NCBI RefSeq assembly: GCF_001194135.2 | Contig: NC_068983.1 | Location: forward strand, 40,961,619-40,998,435 | Length of the DNA stretch: 36,817 bases | Source: Octopus bimaculoides | Taxonomy: Eukaryota | Direction of reading: 5' to 3' | Part shown: one piece after another, positions 34,788 through 36,817 of the stretch | Position numbering within the stretch: position 1 is the stretch's first letter | Layout of the letters: each line of letters begins with the position of its first letter | Made by a program: the position numbers and the translations under genes | Notes under the pieces: model-generated | Seen by the model: only the letters and a program-made list of their open reading frames with translations | What the model was told of the DNA's origin: nothing | Databases searched by the model: none

Positions 34788-35793
34788 NNNNNNNNNNNNN
34801 NNNNNNNNNNNNNNNNNNNNNNNNNNNNNNNNNNNNNNNNNNNNNNNNNNNNNNNNNNNNNNNNNNNNNNNNNNNNNNNNNNNNNNNNNNNNNNNNNNNN
34901 NNNNNNNNNNNNNNNNNNNNNNNNNNNNNNNNNNNNNNNNNNNNNNNNNNNNNNNNNNNNNNNNNNNNNNNNNNNNNNNNNNNNNNNNNNNNNNNNNNNN
35001 NNNNNNNNNNNNNNNNNNNNNNNNNNNNNNNNNNNNNNNNNNNNNNNNNNNNNNNNNNNNNNNNNNNNNNNNNNNNNNNNNNNNNNNNNNNNNNNNNNNN
35101 NNNNNNNNNNNNNNNNNNNNNNNNNNNNNNNNNNNNNNNNNNNNNNNNNNNNNNNNNNNNNNNNNNNNNNNNNNNNNNNNNNNNNNNNNNNNNNNNNNNN
35201 NNNNNNNNNNNNNNNNNNNNNNNNNNNNNNNNNNNNNNNNNNNNNNNNNNNNNNNNNNNNNNNNNNNNNNNNNNNNNNNNNNNNNNNNNNNNNNNNNNNN
35301 NNNNNNNNNNNNNNNNNNNNNNNNNNNNNNNNNNNNNNNNNNNNNNNNNNNNNNNNNNNNNNNNNNNNNNNNNNNNNNNNNNNNNNNNNNNNNNNNNNNN
35401 NNNNNNNNNNNNNNNNNNNNNNNNNNNNNNNNNNNNNNNNNNNNNNNNNNNNNATATATATACATATAGATAGATAGATAGATAGATAGTTTAAGTTTCG
35501 ATAAGAAGAATCTAAATATTCTAAGACACACAATTAGAGGTAACTTTAAAATTCAATATGGAGACGATAGTTATAGCCATGTTCAATTTTTCGCTTAGCT
35601 TTTTGCGTTAGCAGTATGGTATGTATTCTTTAGCCTGTAATAACGAAAGCTATATGTTTCTTTATTTTAAACATTTATTTACGTTTCAATTGCCTATGAA
35701 ATGATGGGTATCTATTATATAAACGTTATAATAATTCCATTATTGAAACATATTTAATACTTATTTAGATAAATAATTTTCTTTATAAGGAGT

Positions 35794-35844
<51 letters not shown>

Positions 35845-36384
35845 TTATATGCAGGTGCATTATTTGACTGTGTCTATATCGATATATCTATAGCGATCTA
35901 TCTACCTATATCTAGATACAATCTGCAAATGTTATGAAAGTGTAACAACACACTATGTCTATAGTAAGATTAAGAACCACGACGCAGCAGTAAAATAAAT
36001 AAATAAATAAATAAATATGGAGATGAGAAAGAGAGAGAAAGAGGGAGAGAGGGTGAGAGGGAGAAAGAGAAGAAAACATAGAGAGGGGTAGATCTAGCAG
36101 ATAGAGAGAGATGATGATGACGATATAATGTGCACAAGTGGAATGCAAAAAGAAAATATTTGCAGCGTTGCACGCTTTTCAAGAAGTTTAAGCGAATGGC
36201 GTGGAAACCATTACAATGGTGGTTAATTATGTGATCAGGCTTCTTAATTCCTTCACTTCTTGCTGCCATTGTTACCATTTCTTCCGCTAACGAAAAGGCT
36301 TTTGTAGTTTGATAAAAAGAACGATAGTGTTTCTCGGAGGCACTATTTCTGAAAACCATTTTCTTGAAGACTTTATATATATAT

Positions 36385-36403
36385 ATTCTCTCTCTCTCTC
36401 TCG

Positions 36404-36467
<64 letters not shown>

Positions 36468-36660
36468 TACACACACACACACACATATATACGCACACAC
36501 ATACACACAAACACGCATACACACGCACACGTTCTCTCTTTCTTTCCTCTTTTGTCTCTCGCTTTCTTTCTGTTGTACTCTCTCACTCTCACTGTCTGTC
36601 TCTCTCTCTCTTTCTCACTCACTCTCTCTCCCGCTTTCTCATACTCTCTCTCTTTCTAAA
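36385..36660. repeat. (CT)n-(CA)n-(CT)-rich array
   Basis: Read directly from the sequence. Confidence 0.95.
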
Positions 36661-36785
36661 GAGACAGGATAAAAATTAAATTATTTTTCCCTCCGTTTCA
36701 TTACATTAATTTTCATTTTATTTTAATAATTTATTAATTTGTTATTTTGTTATTTTTTTTCCTCAGCAATTGTTTTGGCATTTTT

Positions 36786-36817
<32 letters not shown>

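Noticed and set aside
36262-36278. Second X-box-like sequence GCTGCCATTGTTACC
   Set aside because: It has several mismatches to the RFX consensus.
36781-36817. Terminal poly-T as a terminator or retrocopy tail
   Set aside because: It is truncated by the window edge with no associated element visible.

Overview
AT-rich, repeat-saturated eukaryotic genomic DNA with 15 N gaps (about 5.7 kb in total). The SINE, microsatellite and retroelement content looks like a coleoid cephalopod, most likely Octopus; this is inference from repeat style, not a database result. I find no supportable host protein-coding gene: almost all ORFs in the track are microsatellite or N-gap artefacts. The window holds three tRNA-headed SINE families (about 20 copies or fragments), two decayed Penelope-like elements (PLE; RT plus GIY-YIG), two restriction-like-endonuclease (RLE) non-LTR retrotransposon fragments sitting in different microsatellites, an RTE-type LINE remnant, two Tc1/mariner remnants and many compound di-, tri- and tetranucleotide arrays. 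The richest locus is 13.5-15.8 kb: a minus-strand PLE ending in a minimal hammerhead-ribozyme motif with a variant core, interrupted by an internally deleted mariner, a TSD-flanked SINE and a near-perfect 143/148-bp inverted duplication. Other leads are an RLE element apparently embedded in (CATA)n, a Dong/R4-like element in (AAT)n, two head-to-head SINEs with overlapping TSDs and an isolated canonical RFX X-box. Nothing here demonstrates a new biological system; these are testable leads.
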